Shown piece after piece: positions 30,144 through 39,934 of a stretch of DNA of 64,000 bases. Made by a program: the position numbers and the translations under genes. The stretch is taken from contig JBAXAI010000010.1 of NCBI GenBank assembly GCA_037142615.1, forward strand, positions 1 to 64,000, given 5' to 3'. The notes under the pieces are model-generated. The model saw only the letters and a program-made list of their open reading frames with translations, did no database searches and was not told where the DNA came from. Positions within the stretch are counted from its first letter, which is position 1. Each line of letters opens with the position of its first letter. This DNA comes from Spirochaetales bacterium. GTDB taxonomy: Bacteria > Spirochaetota > Spirochaetia > JABEVK01.

Positions 30144-31253
30144 CTAAAACCGGTCGTGCTGGCGGCTGACGCGGACCAGCGTGGCGCACAGGCCGAAGTG
30201 TTTGAGCTCGCGCGCGCCGATGTAGGTGCCCGTGGAGCGCAGACCGCCCAAAATATCGTCGATCACCGCCTCGACGGGGCCCTTGTAGGCCACCTCGTCG
30301 ACCCGGCCCTCGCTGGTGCGGTAATGCTTCATGCCGGCCATGTGCTTTTCCTGGGCAAACTCGCTGCTCATGCCGTAGAACAGCTTGAACTTCCTGGTGG
30401 TGATCTTGTCGGTCCAGACGCCGTTCAACAACTCGACCTCGCCCTGCCGGTAGTGGCGCTCGATGAGCTCGCCCTCGCATTCGTCGGTGCCCGCGAACAT
30501 GCCGCCCATCATCACAAAGTCAGCGTTGGCGCAAAAGGCCTTGGCGATGTCGCCGGGCGAACGCAGCCCGCCGTCGAGGATGATGCCCGCTCCCAGGCCG
30601 TGGCTGGCGTCGGAACACTCGATGGCGGCGCTCACCTGCGGGTAGCCGATGCCGGTCTTCAGCCTGGTGGTGCACTGACTGCCGGGCCCGATGCCCACTT
30701 TGACGAAGTCGGCGCCGCTGATGATGAGTTCCTGCACCATTTCGGGGGTGGCGACGTTGCCGGCGCTGATGCAGGTGCCTGGGTTGGCCTCGCGGATCTT
30801 TTTCACGAAACCGGCGAACCGCTGGGTGTAGCCGTTGGCGATGTCGATGCACAGCTTCAGCTCGTCGGCAGCCTCGGCGCCGTAGAGCTGTTTGGCAAAG
30901 GCCTTCACCTGCACAAACTGGGCGTATTCGTCGTCGCTCATGCCCACGGTGAACCACACATGGCGTAGCAACTCCAGCCCGTCGGGGGCCGACAACTCGC
31001 GCTTCCAGTCGTCAACCGTGTGGAACTTGTGGAGCGCGACCAGCATGCGGTGCGGCACAAAGGCCCGGGCCATGGCAAAGCTGCCGGTGGCCATGTTGCT
31101 GGCGATCACGGGCACATGGGCAATTTTGCGTCCGGACCACTTGAGTTTGAACTCACGGACCAAGTTCACCGTCTTGCGGCTTTCGAGGGTGGAGCGCTTG
31201 GGGCGGATCAGTACATCGGGAAAGTCGAGCTTGAGGTCGGCGTCGAGGTGCAT
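30144..31253 (-). CDS. guaC: GMP reductase
   Basis: KLDFPDVLIRPKRSTL.SR, IDIANGY, KVGIGPGSQCTTR..TG.GYPQ, FYGMSS, YRTSEG. Confidence 0.93.
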   Translation of the reverse strand: MHLDADLKLDFPDVLIRPKRSTLESRKTVNLVREFKLKWSGRKIAHVPVIASNMATGSFAMARAFVPHRMLVALHKFHTVDDWKRELSAPDGLELLRHVWFTVGMSDDEYAQFVQVKAFAKQLYGAEAADELKLCIDIANGYTQRFAGFVKKIREANPGTCISAGNVATPEMVQELIISGADFVKVGIGPGSQCTTRLKTGIGYPQVSAAIECSDASHGLGAGIILDGGLRSPGDIAKAFCANADFVMMGGMFAGTDECEGELIERHYRQGEVELLNGVWTDKITTRKFKLFYGMSSEFAQEKHMAGMKHYRTSEGRVDEVAYKGPVEAVIDDILGGLRSTGTYIGARELKHFGLCATLVRVSRQHDRF

Positions 31254-31292
31254 ACCCGCAGTGTAGCGTGTCCCATCGAAGTTGAGAACTCC

Positions 31293-32459
31293 TCAACTTC
31301 GGCCGGTCGCCCTCCCCCGGGGGGCGTTTGTCGCTTCGAGCTGCTGCCACAGGGGCGTCAGGTCGATCACGCGGCCTTCGCGGTGGGCGCGGTCGAGACT
31401 CAGGCCGACGAGGGTGCTCACAAGGCCCTGCGCCAGGCCGGTCGAGGGCCGAGTGCCGTGCGTCATGGCGGCTGCCAGTTCACCGATCATCACCTCGTCA
31501 CCGCCACCGTGAAAGCCACCTCTGCCGTCGAACACGGTGGCCTCGGTGTCGAACAGGGTCTTGTAGGTGAGTTTCGAGGTCACCAGATCGACGATCAAGG
31601 TCCCCTCGGTGCCGCTGAGGTACATGCGGCGCTCGCCCAACGGGTTCGACGAGGTGATCTGGAACTGCACTTTGGCACCGTTCTCGTAGTCCAAGATGGC
31701 CACCAGCGTGTCTTCGACGGTCTTTTCGGTCACAAAGGGGTTGAGGCCGACCCTGAGGGTCTCGGTCCAGGTTTTGAAGGCGTCGGTGCGGTCAAACAGG
31801 GGTGCGTTTTCGCGGGTGAAGACGAGGTTGTCGCCAAAGGCCGCCACACGGCGCGGGCGTGAACCGGTGAACCAGTTCAGCAGGTCGAGGTCGTGAACGC
31901 ACTTTTCGAGCACATGGGCGCCCGCTATCTCGTGGTGGCGTCGCCAGTTGGTGAAGATATAGGCGCCGTGGCCCGGAAACAGGTTTTCGTTGGCGTCGAT
32001 GCTCACGATGCGCCCGAGCTTGCCCGAGTCGAGAAGGCGTTTCACCTCGCGGTAAAGGGGCGAGTAACGCAGCGTGAACCCGGTCATGATCAGGCGATCG
32101 CTTCGGCGCTCGGCTGCGGCCAAGGCGAGGCAGTCGTCCTCGGTGGTCGCAAGGGGTTTTTCGGCAAACACGTGCAGGCCGTGGGACAAGGCGGCCTCGA
32201 TGTGCGCGCGGTGGTAGGCGTTGGGCGACGCGACCAAGGTCCAGCTCACCTCTGGCAAGGCCAAGGCGTCCTCAAAGCTGCCGGGCCTGGGCAAACCCGA
32301 CGCTCCTGCGGCCGCGTACAGGTCGTCGACCGCTTGGGCGCTCGGGTCCCAGGCCCCGGCCAGTTCAAGACCCGGCTGAGTCTTGAGCATGGCGACCAAA
32401 TTGATCGCGCGGCCGCCGCAGCCGACCACCACGTACTTGACCGTTGGTACTGCGCTCAT
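31293..32459 (-). CDS. Gfo/Idh/MocA family oxidoreductase
   Basis: VVGCGGR, FAEKPLA, GFTLRY, EKCVHDLD, HGGGD. Confidence 0.9.
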   Translation of the reverse strand: MSAVPTVKYVVVGCGGRAINLVAMLKTQPGLELAGAWDPSAQAVDDLYAAAGASGLPRPGSFEDALALPEVSWTLVASPNAYHRAHIEAALSHGLHVFAEKPLATTEDDCLALAAAERRSDRLIMTGFTLRYSPLYREVKRLLDSGKLGRIVSIDANENLFPGHGAYIFTNWRRHHEIAGAHVLEKCVHDLDLLNWFTGSRPRRVAAFGDNLVFTRENAPLFDRTDAFKTWTETLRVGLNPFVTEKTVEDTLVAILDYENGAKVQFQITSSNPLGERRMYLSGTEGTLIVDLVTSKLTYKTLFDTEATVFDGRGGFHGGGDEVMIGELAAAMTHGTRPSTGLAQGLVSTLVGLSLDRAHREGRVIDLTPLWQQLEATNAPRGRATGRS

Positions 32460-34138
32460 GAGTCCAACTCCCTGGTGAGCTCGCTGGCCAGCAATTCCCG
32501 CATTCGGGCGGGGCGGCCGAGGTCGACGGGGCTGACGCCGGTGGGAGTCAGCTCGCCGAACAACCAACTGACCACGGCCAGTTGAGTCGATATATCGGGG
32601 CTGTAGGCGTTGAGCAGGGTATCGGCCCACGGCACGTCGTGCCCCAAATAGGGGGTGCCGAAGCTGACATGCACCACGGGGCAAGCCGGTTGTTCGTAGC
32701 GGACGAACCACCCCGAACGCATCCAGGGCCCCGACGGCCGGATGAAGTTGGTGCCCCAGGTGGGTCCGACAACCCAAAGCATCAGCACCGCCTGATAGCG
32801 GGTAAAGTCGTGCCCACGGTAGGCAAAGGCCGGGTCGGCCTCGGTGCGACGCTCGACCTCGACTCCCCGCGCTTCGAGCAGCTTGTCGATTCCATCGACG
32901 TGGTACTCGGCGTTGGCGCGCAGGTGCACCACCAGCACCCGGTCGCCCTTTTTCAGGCCCAGCGGCACCTGATCGTCGGAGCGCACCAAGGTGAGGGCCT
33001 TGCGGGCCAAGTCGCGGCTGGCGGCGGCAAACCGGGCCCGGTGTGGCGCGAGCCAGGCTTCGGGATCGGCAGCCGGCCGGGCGCTGGCCGGGTTGGCGGC
33101 GAACCCGAGCCTTTCTTTGAGTTCCAAGACTCGCGTGCAAGCTTCGTCGAGGCGCGCCAGGCTGATGTCACCACTCGCCACGGCCTTTTTCAGCGAAAAG
33201 AAGTCCTCGCGGAGGGTGAACAGCAAAACGTCGTTGCCGGCGTTGATCAGGCGCACCAGCAGCTCGTAGCGATTACGAACGCGGCTCATCGAACCGTTCA
33301 TTTCGATGGCATCGCTGACGACCAGGCCGTCGAAGCCGAGCTCGCCGCGCAGCAGGTCGGTGGTGACTTTGCGGCTCAGGATGGCCGGGGGTGGCCCGAA
33401 CCCGTCGCCCGAATCGTCACCGTCCACGCTGGGCAGCGCGATGTGGCCGATCATGGTGGTCCACGCGCCGCCCGCGTCAGGTCCGGCACCAAAAGTAGCG
33501 ACAAAGGGCTTGGCGCTGAGGCGGTGCCAGTCGGCGCGGCTCAGGGGGTTCACGCTGGTGACCAGGTGCTGGTCGCGGTCGTCCCAGCCGTCGCCGGGAA
33601 AGTGTTTTACCGTGGTGGCCAGGCCGTGGCTCTGCATGCTCTGGACCAAAATCCTAGCCAAACGGCTGACCCTCGCCACGTCGTCACCCAGGCTGCGGGT
33701 GTTCGTGATGGGATTGCCGGGATTCATGTTGAGATCGACCACCGGCCCGAAGGTCCAATGCACGCCGTAGGCCCGCGCTTCCACGGCGGTGGCCTCACCC
33801 ATGAGCGCGGTCAAAGTGTCATCGGCGGCGGCGGCGGTGCTCATCAGGTCGGGGAAGCTGGTGGCGCCGTCGATCATGCGGCCGGCCCCGCTCTCGAGGT
33901 CGGTGCTGATCACCAAAGGAACCCCCGGTCCGTCCTGCAGCAAGTTGGTGACGCGGACAAAGTCGTTGGCGCTTCCAAAAAAGACGAAGGCTCCGCCGAC
34001 CCGGACCGGTGGAAGGCTGTCGTGAATCTGCTGCGCGGTGGCTTGCGGGCGCAGGTTGGGATGCAGCAACTGACCGATTTTTTCATCCACGCTGAGGGTG
34101 GCGAGGGTCCGGGTGACCCAAGGACTGAGGGGTTTCAT
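32456..34138 (-). CDS. GH3 glycoside hydrolase (beta-hexosaminidase/glucosidase-like)
   Basis: EKIGQL, DLESG, KHFPGDG, LGFDGLVVSDA. Confidence 0.9.
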   Translation of the reverse strand: MKPLSPWVTRTLATLSVDEKIGQLLHPNLRPQATAQQIHDSLPPVRVGGAFVFFGSANDFVRVTNLLQDGPGVPLVISTDLESGAGRMIDGATSFPDLMSTAAAADDTLTALMGEATAVEARAYGVHWTFGPVVDLNMNPGNPITNTRSLGDDVARVSRLARILVQSMQSHGLATTVKHFPGDGWDDRDQHLVTSVNPLSRADWHRLSAKPFVATFGAGPDAGGAWTTMIGHIALPSVDGDDSGDGFGPPPAILSRKVTTDLLRGELGFDGLVVSDAIEMNGSMSRVRNRYELLVRLINAGNDVLLFTLREDFFSLKKAVASGDISLARLDEACTRVLELKERLGFAANPASARPAADPEAWLAPHRARFAAASRDLARKALTLVRSDDQVPLGLKKGDRVLVVHLRANAEYHVDGIDKLLEARGVEVERRTEADPAFAYRGHDFTRYQAVLMLWVVGPTWGTNFIRPSGPWMRSGWFVRYEQPACPVVHVSFGTPYLGHDVPWADTLLNAYSPDISTQLAVVSWLFGELTPTGVSPVDLGRPARMRELLASELTRELDS

Positions 34139-34194
34139 GCGCTCAGCATAATACTAAACTGCCCCCACACGCCAACCCATGGTAGAATGGTAGC

Positions 34195-35508
34195 GTGAAA
34201 CTACCGAAGTTCGACATCACGCCCTGGAAGGCCTCCAACAAGCCGGTGTGGCGCGAACCCGAACGCCTGGGCTGGTTCCCACCGCTGGTCGATCTCATCG
34301 GCCCGCCGTACATCCGCTTCGGGCTGGGGTTGCAAAAGGTAGAACTCCGCGAGGCCGCTCGGCTGGCCGAGGCGCTGAAGGGAGTCGAGTCGCACGGGGA
34401 CCGCCTGGTGCTGGTGTTCCGTCACTGCGGCGACGCCGACCCGCATGGGGTGTACTACGCGCTCAACACGCTGGCCAAGCCCGCCTACCGCCGGGCAGGC
34501 CTCAAGCGGCCCCGCTTTTTGTTCCTCGCCAGCGCCGAGATTGCGCTGTGGGGCGGTGGGCTCACCGATTTTGCCTTGCGGGCGGGTGGTACCCTCAGCC
34601 TGGCACACGGCCCGGGAGCCCGCCGGTCGCTCGAATACCTGCAAAAACACCTGGAGGCCAGCCCCGACCCGGTGGTGCTGGCCCCCGAAGGTCAGATCAC
34701 CTACGAGCTGGGCAGTCCCATCCACCTGGACCCCGGCGCGGCCAACATCGCGGGGTGGGCCGCCACGGCAGCCCAAGGCGAGGCCAAAGTGGTGCCCATC
34801 GGCTTGCGCTACCTGTGCCCGGGGGAAACTTGGGCGCGCTGGCACCGGTTCGTCGGCGTGCTGGAACGTGATGCGGGTCTTCCTGCCTGGACGCAGCAAA
34901 CCTCGGTGGAAGCCGACGCGGGAGCACGTCAGCGACGCCTCTGGGACCACCTGCTGACGCTGGGCGAAACCTACTATCGGCGCAAACACCTGCGCAAGCT
35001 CGAGCCTCAACCGACCCTCGACGCCCGCTGCCGGCAACTGACCCGCATCGCTGTCGAGGTGGGAGCCCGGGCCCGCGACATTGCTGTCGGCGACGACCTG
35101 CGGCCCGCGATTTTTGAACTGAGGTATTCGGCCATGGACCTGGTGTTTCCTCGGCCCCGGGGGCTTTCACGGCTGGAAAAGCTGATGGACGACCGCGCCG
35201 CCGCCGAGGGCTGGTGGAACAATCGCCACCAGGACCTCGCCGACGTGCTTCAGTACCTTTACCCCGACTCGTTGCCCGCGCAGCCCTCGCTGGAACGGTC
35301 GGTCGAAAGTGTGCTCAACCTGGCCGACCTCGCCGGGCGCTTGGCGGGCGGCAACATCAAACACCGCCCCCGGTACTTCCGCCGGGTGCTCCAGCTCACC
35401 GTGGGCGAGGTGTGGGCCATCGACAAAAGCGATGGGCGACCTCGCAAGGAAAAAGCTTCCGAGGTCACCCGCAAGATTCAGGAATCGCTTCAGTTCTTGT
35501 CGAGATAG
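34195..35508 (+). CDS. PlsC-like phospholipid/glycerol acyltransferase with C-terminal extension
   Basis: HX4D (RHCGDAD), APEG and VVPIGLRY blocks. Confidence 0.65.
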   Translation: MKLPKFDITPWKASNKPVWREPERLGWFPPLVDLIGPPYIRFGLGLQKVELREAARLAEALKGVESHGDRLVLVFRHCGDADPHGVYYALNTLAKPAYRRAGLKRPRFLFLASAEIALWGGGLTDFALRAGGTLSLAHGPGARRSLEYLQKHLEASPDPVVLAPEGQITYELGSPIHLDPGAANIAGWAATAAQGEAKVVPIGLRYLCPGETWARWHRFVGVLERDAGLPAWTQQTSVEADAGARQRRLWDHLLTLGETYYRRKHLRKLEPQPTLDARCRQLTRIAVEVGARARDIAVGDDLRPAIFELRYSAMDLVFPRPRGLSRLEKLMDDRAAAEGWWNNRHQDLADVLQYLYPDSLPAQPSLERSVESVLNLADLAGRLAGGNIKHRPRYFRRVLQLTVGEVWAIDKSDGRPRKEKASEVTRKIQESLQFLSR

Positions 35509-38500
35509 AACTCGACGCGCCGGTTCTTCCACCGGTTTTCGAGGTCGCCATGGGGCACGATGGGCTTGTCGCCACCGAACCCGAGCACCGTGAACCGTTC
35601 CGGATCGATACCCAGCAGCACCATCACCGCGCGCACCGAGTTGGCCCGGTCGAGCGACAGTGGCAAGAGCTGCGTCGTCTGTTCCTTGGCAGCGGCCTTG
35701 GCGTCGTTCCAGAACTCGCTGACCGCGTAGCCTTCCAAGCGGATCTTGTAGCCGGGAAACTTGCCAAGCGCGTTGGCCAGCCGTTTGAGCACGTACAGGT
35801 TCTTGTTGAGCTGGTCGCCGGGAAGTTTGAACAGGTCGGACGAATTGCCCGGGAACTGGATGCTGCTCACCACGATTTTGTACTTGCCCTCGGCGATTTT
35901 CACCACGGCGATGTCGATGGTGACGGTGGCCTGCTGACGCGTCACATTCTTCTGCGTGTCGGCCACCTTGAGCTGAAGCTGGTAATCGTCGCCCGATTCC
36001 ACCGTGTCGCCCGTGTCGCTCTTGCCGTCCCAGTACAGGCTGGCCGGAGGAAGACCCTTGCCGCTCCACTGCCGGAAGGTTTTGCCGCGCGGGTCGATGA
36101 CGGCCAATTGCCAGTTGTCGACGGGCACGACGCCTTCGGTGGTCTTGATCTTGATGGTCAGGTCGGTGGCGCCATCGACGTTGTTGGGCGCGAAGGTCTT
36201 GGTTGACAACGTCATTTCGACGAGCGGACCCTGATCGTTGAGGTAGGTCGAGTCGATCTTGACCTGGCCCGAGGCCCGGGACACCGAGCCGTTGGCGTAG
36301 TTCACGGTCAGCGCCACCTCGTAGGTGCCGTTGGCCAGCGCCTTGGTTTGCGCGTTCAGGCCGTTCCAGTCCCAGAACGACAGGGGGCCGGCGGCGGACT
36401 TTTCACCCACGGTTTTGCCGTCAGGGCCGAGCACGCTGACCACGGTTTTTTCGACCGAGTCGATGGCCTCGAGCAGCGGCGTGATGCGCACCGAACCATT
36501 CGCCCCCTTGCCGGGAACGATGACGGTGCGGCTGAGGTCGAGCGACACCTTGGCCTGGCGGCTGTCCTTGCGAAGTTGCAAAAGCACAACGCCGGAAACC
36601 CCGGCTTTGCTCACGGCGGAGGCGCGTACGGTGTACGGACCGTCGGCAAGGGCCTTGCCCTGACCGTCGAGGCCGCTGAACGGCACGCTGGCCTGCCCCT
36701 TGTCACCGAGTGGCGACTTCAGGACTGTTTTGCCGTCAGAATCGAGAATCTCGAGGGTCCAGGGCAGTCCGGCATCACCCGCGAAACTGATCGTGACACC
36801 CGTGCGGCCAGAGCCGCCGAAGACGGCGTCGCTCGAGGTGAGCTGACCCTGCGGTTCCTTGAGGAAGCTGGAATCGAGCTTGACGCTTTTGCGGGCCTGG
36901 CTGACGGTTCCGTTCGCGTAGGCCACCTTCAAACTCAGTTGGTAGTCGCCGTCGGGAAGCACCTGCCCCTGCGGGTCTTTGCCGCTCCAGTCCCAGAACG
37001 GCACCAAGCCGGCCCCGCCGCGCTCGTCGAACAGTTTGCCGTCGGGCGAAAGGAAGCTCAGCGTCGTCGTTTCGATGGAGTCGAGCACATCGAGCACGGG
37101 GGTGATTTTCACCGAGCCGTTGAGGCTGTTGCCGGGAACCAGCACGGGGCTCGACAGGTCGAGGTCGACCTTGAGCGCGCGGCTGTCTTTGCGCACCTGG
37201 GCCGTGGCGGTGCCGACGAGGCCGCCCTTGCTGGTCGCGGTGGCCTTGAGGGTGTACACGCCATCGGGAAGGGCCTTGCCCGCCGCATCGGTGCCGAGTT
37301 CCGCCTTGCCCTGGCCGCTGTCACCGAGCGGGTACTGCCGCACCGACTTGGTTCCTGGCGCGGGGCCCGCAAGAACGTCGAGCGTCCAAACAACCCCAGC
37401 GTCGCCGGCAAACGTGGCGGTGGCGGTGGGCCGCGAAGCCGAGCCGAACACGGCGGCCGAAACGCTGAGTTTTCCCTGAGGCTCGGTGAGGTAGCCGGAG
37501 TCGACCTTGAGGTCGGCGTCGGCCTTGGCTACGGTGCCGTTGGCGTAGGTGACGGCCAGCTTCGCGGTGTAGGCTCCGTCGGCTGCCGCAGCGGCAGAAG
37601 GCGAGGCGTCGGCGCTCCAGTCCCAGAAGGTGAGCAGGCCGTCACGGGTCTGACTCGCCACCAGGTCACCGGCCTCGTTGCGCAGTTCCAGCGTCGTGTT
37701 CACCACAGAGTCGAGGATGTCGAGGATGGGCGTGACCCGCAGTTGGCCGTTGGCGCCCTTGCCCGGGACGACGACGGCGCGCGACAAGTCGAGGGCCACC
37801 TTCATCGGTCGGCTGTCTTTGCGCAGCGACTGCGACGTAGAGCCCTTGACCCCCTGCGCCGACACGGCCGAGGCCGTCAGCGTGTACGAGCCGTCGGGCC
37901 AGTTGGCATCGGTGGCGGCGGGAACGTCGAGAGGCGCGGGGGCACCCTTGCCCAGCGGATACTTGCCTACCGTCGCACCCGCCTTGTCGGTGACGACCAG
38001 CGTCCATTCCAGCCCCGCGTCGCCCTTGAAGTTCACACTGACGTGCGGTCGACCGGTGCCGCCGAACAGGGTGTCGGACAGCGAGAGCGTCCCTTGCGGC
38101 TCGTTGAAGTACTTGGAGTTGATGGCGACGTCTTTGGTGGCGCTGCTGACCGCGCCGTTGGCATAGGTCGCGGTGAGCGACACGCGGTAGCTTCCATCGG
38201 CGAGCGTCTTGCCCACGATGTCGCGGCCCGTCCAGGTGTAAGGGGCCAGCCCAGTGTCGTCGGCGCTCAGGCGCTTTTGGTCGACGAGCGTGGCCTTGGC
38301 GTCGGTGGTGCTGACAGCCCATTCGGCCCCGGTCAAGCCGTCGGCCAGCTCGAACACGGGCGTCACCGAAATGCTGCCGTTGGCGTTGTTGCCAGGAACC
38401 AGAATGCTCGACGAGGGCTCGAGCGTCACTTTGCGGCTGCGGCTGTCTTTGGTAATTTCGTAGGTGGCCGTGCCCAGGTTGCCGGACTTGTCGTGGGCGC

Positions 38501-39869
38501 TGGCCCGCAGGGTGTACGCGCCGTCGGGGCGGGCCTTGCCGGCGTCCGCCGATTGGACTTCGAGCTTGACGCCGCTCCCGGTGCCGCTCACCGAATTGCC
38601 CACGGGCAGCCCGTCCGCGCCGAGAACTTCGAAGGTCCAGTTGACGTTGCCATCGCCGTTGAACTCGACGGGCAGCGTGAGGCGTCCCGAGCCGCCATAA
38701 ACGGTCACAGCGCTCTGATAGCGGCCCTGGGGTGGCGTGGTGTCGATGTCGAAGGGCAGCGCCGGCGACTCGCCTGAGTTGCCGTTACTGAAGTTGGCCT
38801 TGAGCACCGCTTGATAGCGCCCCTCGCCCAAATCCTTGCCCCGAAGGTCTTTGCCATCAAAGGCAAGGCTGACAGGAAGCGGAGCCTTACCCGCTTTTGT
38901 CCACAGGACGACCGCAGGAGCGGCGGGGTCGGCCACGGTGACGGTCCAGTCGACCAGCGCGTCGGCGTTGCCCGAGTCGGGTTTGAGGGTCAGGGTGCTC
39001 GGGGACCCCTTGTCGGCCTTGGGCGAGAAGACGGCTTGGTCCGACGACAGGCGCAGCACGCCGGGCTTCTCACTGATGATGACGGGCACGGGAAGCGCCT
39101 GCGAGAGTTTGGCCCCGGTGCGGCTGAAGCCCGTGAGGGTGTAGGTGTACTCGCCCTCGTAAACAAACTGGCCGGCCTGGTCCTTGCCGTCCCATTCAAA
39201 ATCGACCGGTGCCTGGTCTTCGCTCTCGGAACCCGACGAATTGGTCCAATCGATGGTGCGGACGGTTTCGCCGGCGGCGTTCAGGAACTGCCCGGTCCAC
39301 TGCTTTTCGCGGGAGCCCGACTGGTGCACGGTCAGCGTGCTGCGCTTGCCCCGGGGGGAAAAGATCGAATAATCGACGCCCAGCCGGGTGATGGCTATCG
39401 CGGTGTTCTGGATCACCACGGTACGCGGGGCCGAGCGGGTGGTCTGCCCCTGACTGTCGGTGACGGTGACAAACCAAGTGTACGTGCCGTTGGGCGCGGG
39501 TTTGCCCTCGGCGTCGAGCCCATCCCACGTCAGTTGCGCGGGGACAGTGACCGCCGGACGCTCGCCGAAATTGAACAACTCGCCAAAGAAACCCCGGTCG
39601 AGCGTCTGCTGATCGGCCTTTTGCCAGACCAACCGTCCAGTGGCGTCGTACACGTCGAAGGTCCACGCCTTGAGCACGTGGCCGGTGGTGGCAGCCGGCG
39701 CGAAAGTCAGCGTCAGCGCCTTGATCGAGGCGTTGGGGTTGGCGGGAGCCACGTAGGTAGCCACAGCCTCGGGAAAGTTCACCGTAGGCGGAAGTTCTTT
39801 TTGACCGTTGGCAAACGCGACGACCGAAGTCAGCACAAAAAAGACGAAGAGGGAAACCAGCTTGTTCAT
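35490..39869 (-). CDS. Giant secreted protein: multiple FlgD-Ig-like repeats plus C-terminal OmpA peptidoglycan-binding domain
   Basis: Signal peptide; repeated W.G.D..G....DG.Y; LSLDRANSV...GFGGDKP...NRRVEF. Confidence 0.88.
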   Translation of the reverse strand: MNKLVSLFVFFVLTSVVAFANGQKELPPTVNFPEAVATYVAPANPNASIKALTLTFAPAATTGHVLKAWTFDVYDATGRLVWQKADQQTLDRGFFGELFNFGERPAVTVPAQLTWDGLDAEGKPAPNGTYTWFVTVTDSQGQTTRSAPRTVVIQNTAIAITRLGVDYSIFSPRGKRSTLTVHQSGSREKQWTGQFLNAAGETVRTIDWTNSSGSESEDQAPVDFEWDGKDQAGQFVYEGEYTYTLTGFSRTGAKLSQALPVPVIISEKPGVLRLSSDQAVFSPKADKGSPSTLTLKPDSGNADALVDWTVTVADPAAPAVVLWTKAGKAPLPVSLAFDGKDLRGKDLGEGRYQAVLKANFSNGNSGESPALPFDIDTTPPQGRYQSAVTVYGGSGRLTLPVEFNGDGNVNWTFEVLGADGLPVGNSVSGTGSGVKLEVQSADAGKARPDGAYTLRASAHDKSGNLGTATYEITKDSRSRKVTLEPSSSILVPGNNANGSISVTPVFELADGLTGAEWAVSTTDAKATLVDQKRLSADDTGLAPYTWTGRDIVGKTLADGSYRVSLTATYANGAVSSATKDVAINSKYFNEPQGTLSLSDTLFGGTGRPHVSVNFKGDAGLEWTLVVTDKAGATVGKYPLGKGAPAPLDVPAATDANWPDGSYTLTASAVSAQGVKGSTSQSLRKDSRPMKVALDLSRAVVVPGKGANGQLRVTPILDILDSVVNTTLELRNEAGDLVASQTRDGLLTFWDWSADASPSAAAAADGAYTAKLAVTYANGTVAKADADLKVDSGYLTEPQGKLSVSAAVFGSASRPTATATFAGDAGVVWTLDVLAGPAPGTKSVRQYPLGDSGQGKAELGTDAAGKALPDGVYTLKATATSKGGLVGTATAQVRKDSRALKVDLDLSSPVLVPGNSLNGSVKITPVLDVLDSIETTTLSFLSPDGKLFDERGGAGLVPFWDWSGKDPQGQVLPDGDYQLSLKVAYANGTVSQARKSVKLDSSFLKEPQGQLTSSDAVFGGSGRTGVTISFAGDAGLPWTLEILDSDGKTVLKSPLGDKGQASVPFSGLDGQGKALADGPYTVRASAVSKAGVSGVVLLQLRKDSRQAKVSLDLSRTVIVPGKGANGSVRITPLLEAIDSVEKTVVSVLGPDGKTVGEKSAAGPLSFWDWNGLNAQTKALANGTYEVALTVNYANGSVSRASGQVKIDSTYLNDQGPLVEMTLSTKTFAPNNVDGATDLTIKIKTTEGVVPVDNWQLAVIDPRGKTFRQWSGKGLPPASLYWDGKSDTGDTVESGDDYQLQLKVADTQKNVTRQQATVTIDIAVVKIAEGKYKIVVSSIQFPGNSSDLFKLPGDQLNKNLYVLKRLANALGKFPGYKIRLEGYAVSEFWNDAKAAAKEQTTQLLPLSLDRANSVRAVMVLLGIDPERFTVLGFGGDKPIVPHGDLENRWKNRRVEFYLDKN
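36235..38730 (-). repeat. Four diverged ~205-aa intragenic repeats
   Basis: Each runs PQG.L..S..VFG..R...F.GD...WT...DG.YT..A...KDSR...LS....PG...NG...TP...YANG.VS. Confidence 0.8.
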
Positions 39870-39934
39870 GGTTTCAAAATAACGCATTCGCGGCCACTTG
39901 CCCATCCGGGCAAAAGAGGTTACTTTTTGTAACC

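Noticed and set aside
36348-38777. Long antisense ORFs (also 16990..18519, 18625..20205, 32582..34198, 54702..56294, 60635..62440 and others)
   Set aside because: These are shadow ORFs opposite well-supported genes, expected from high GC3 codon bias; they show no motifs.
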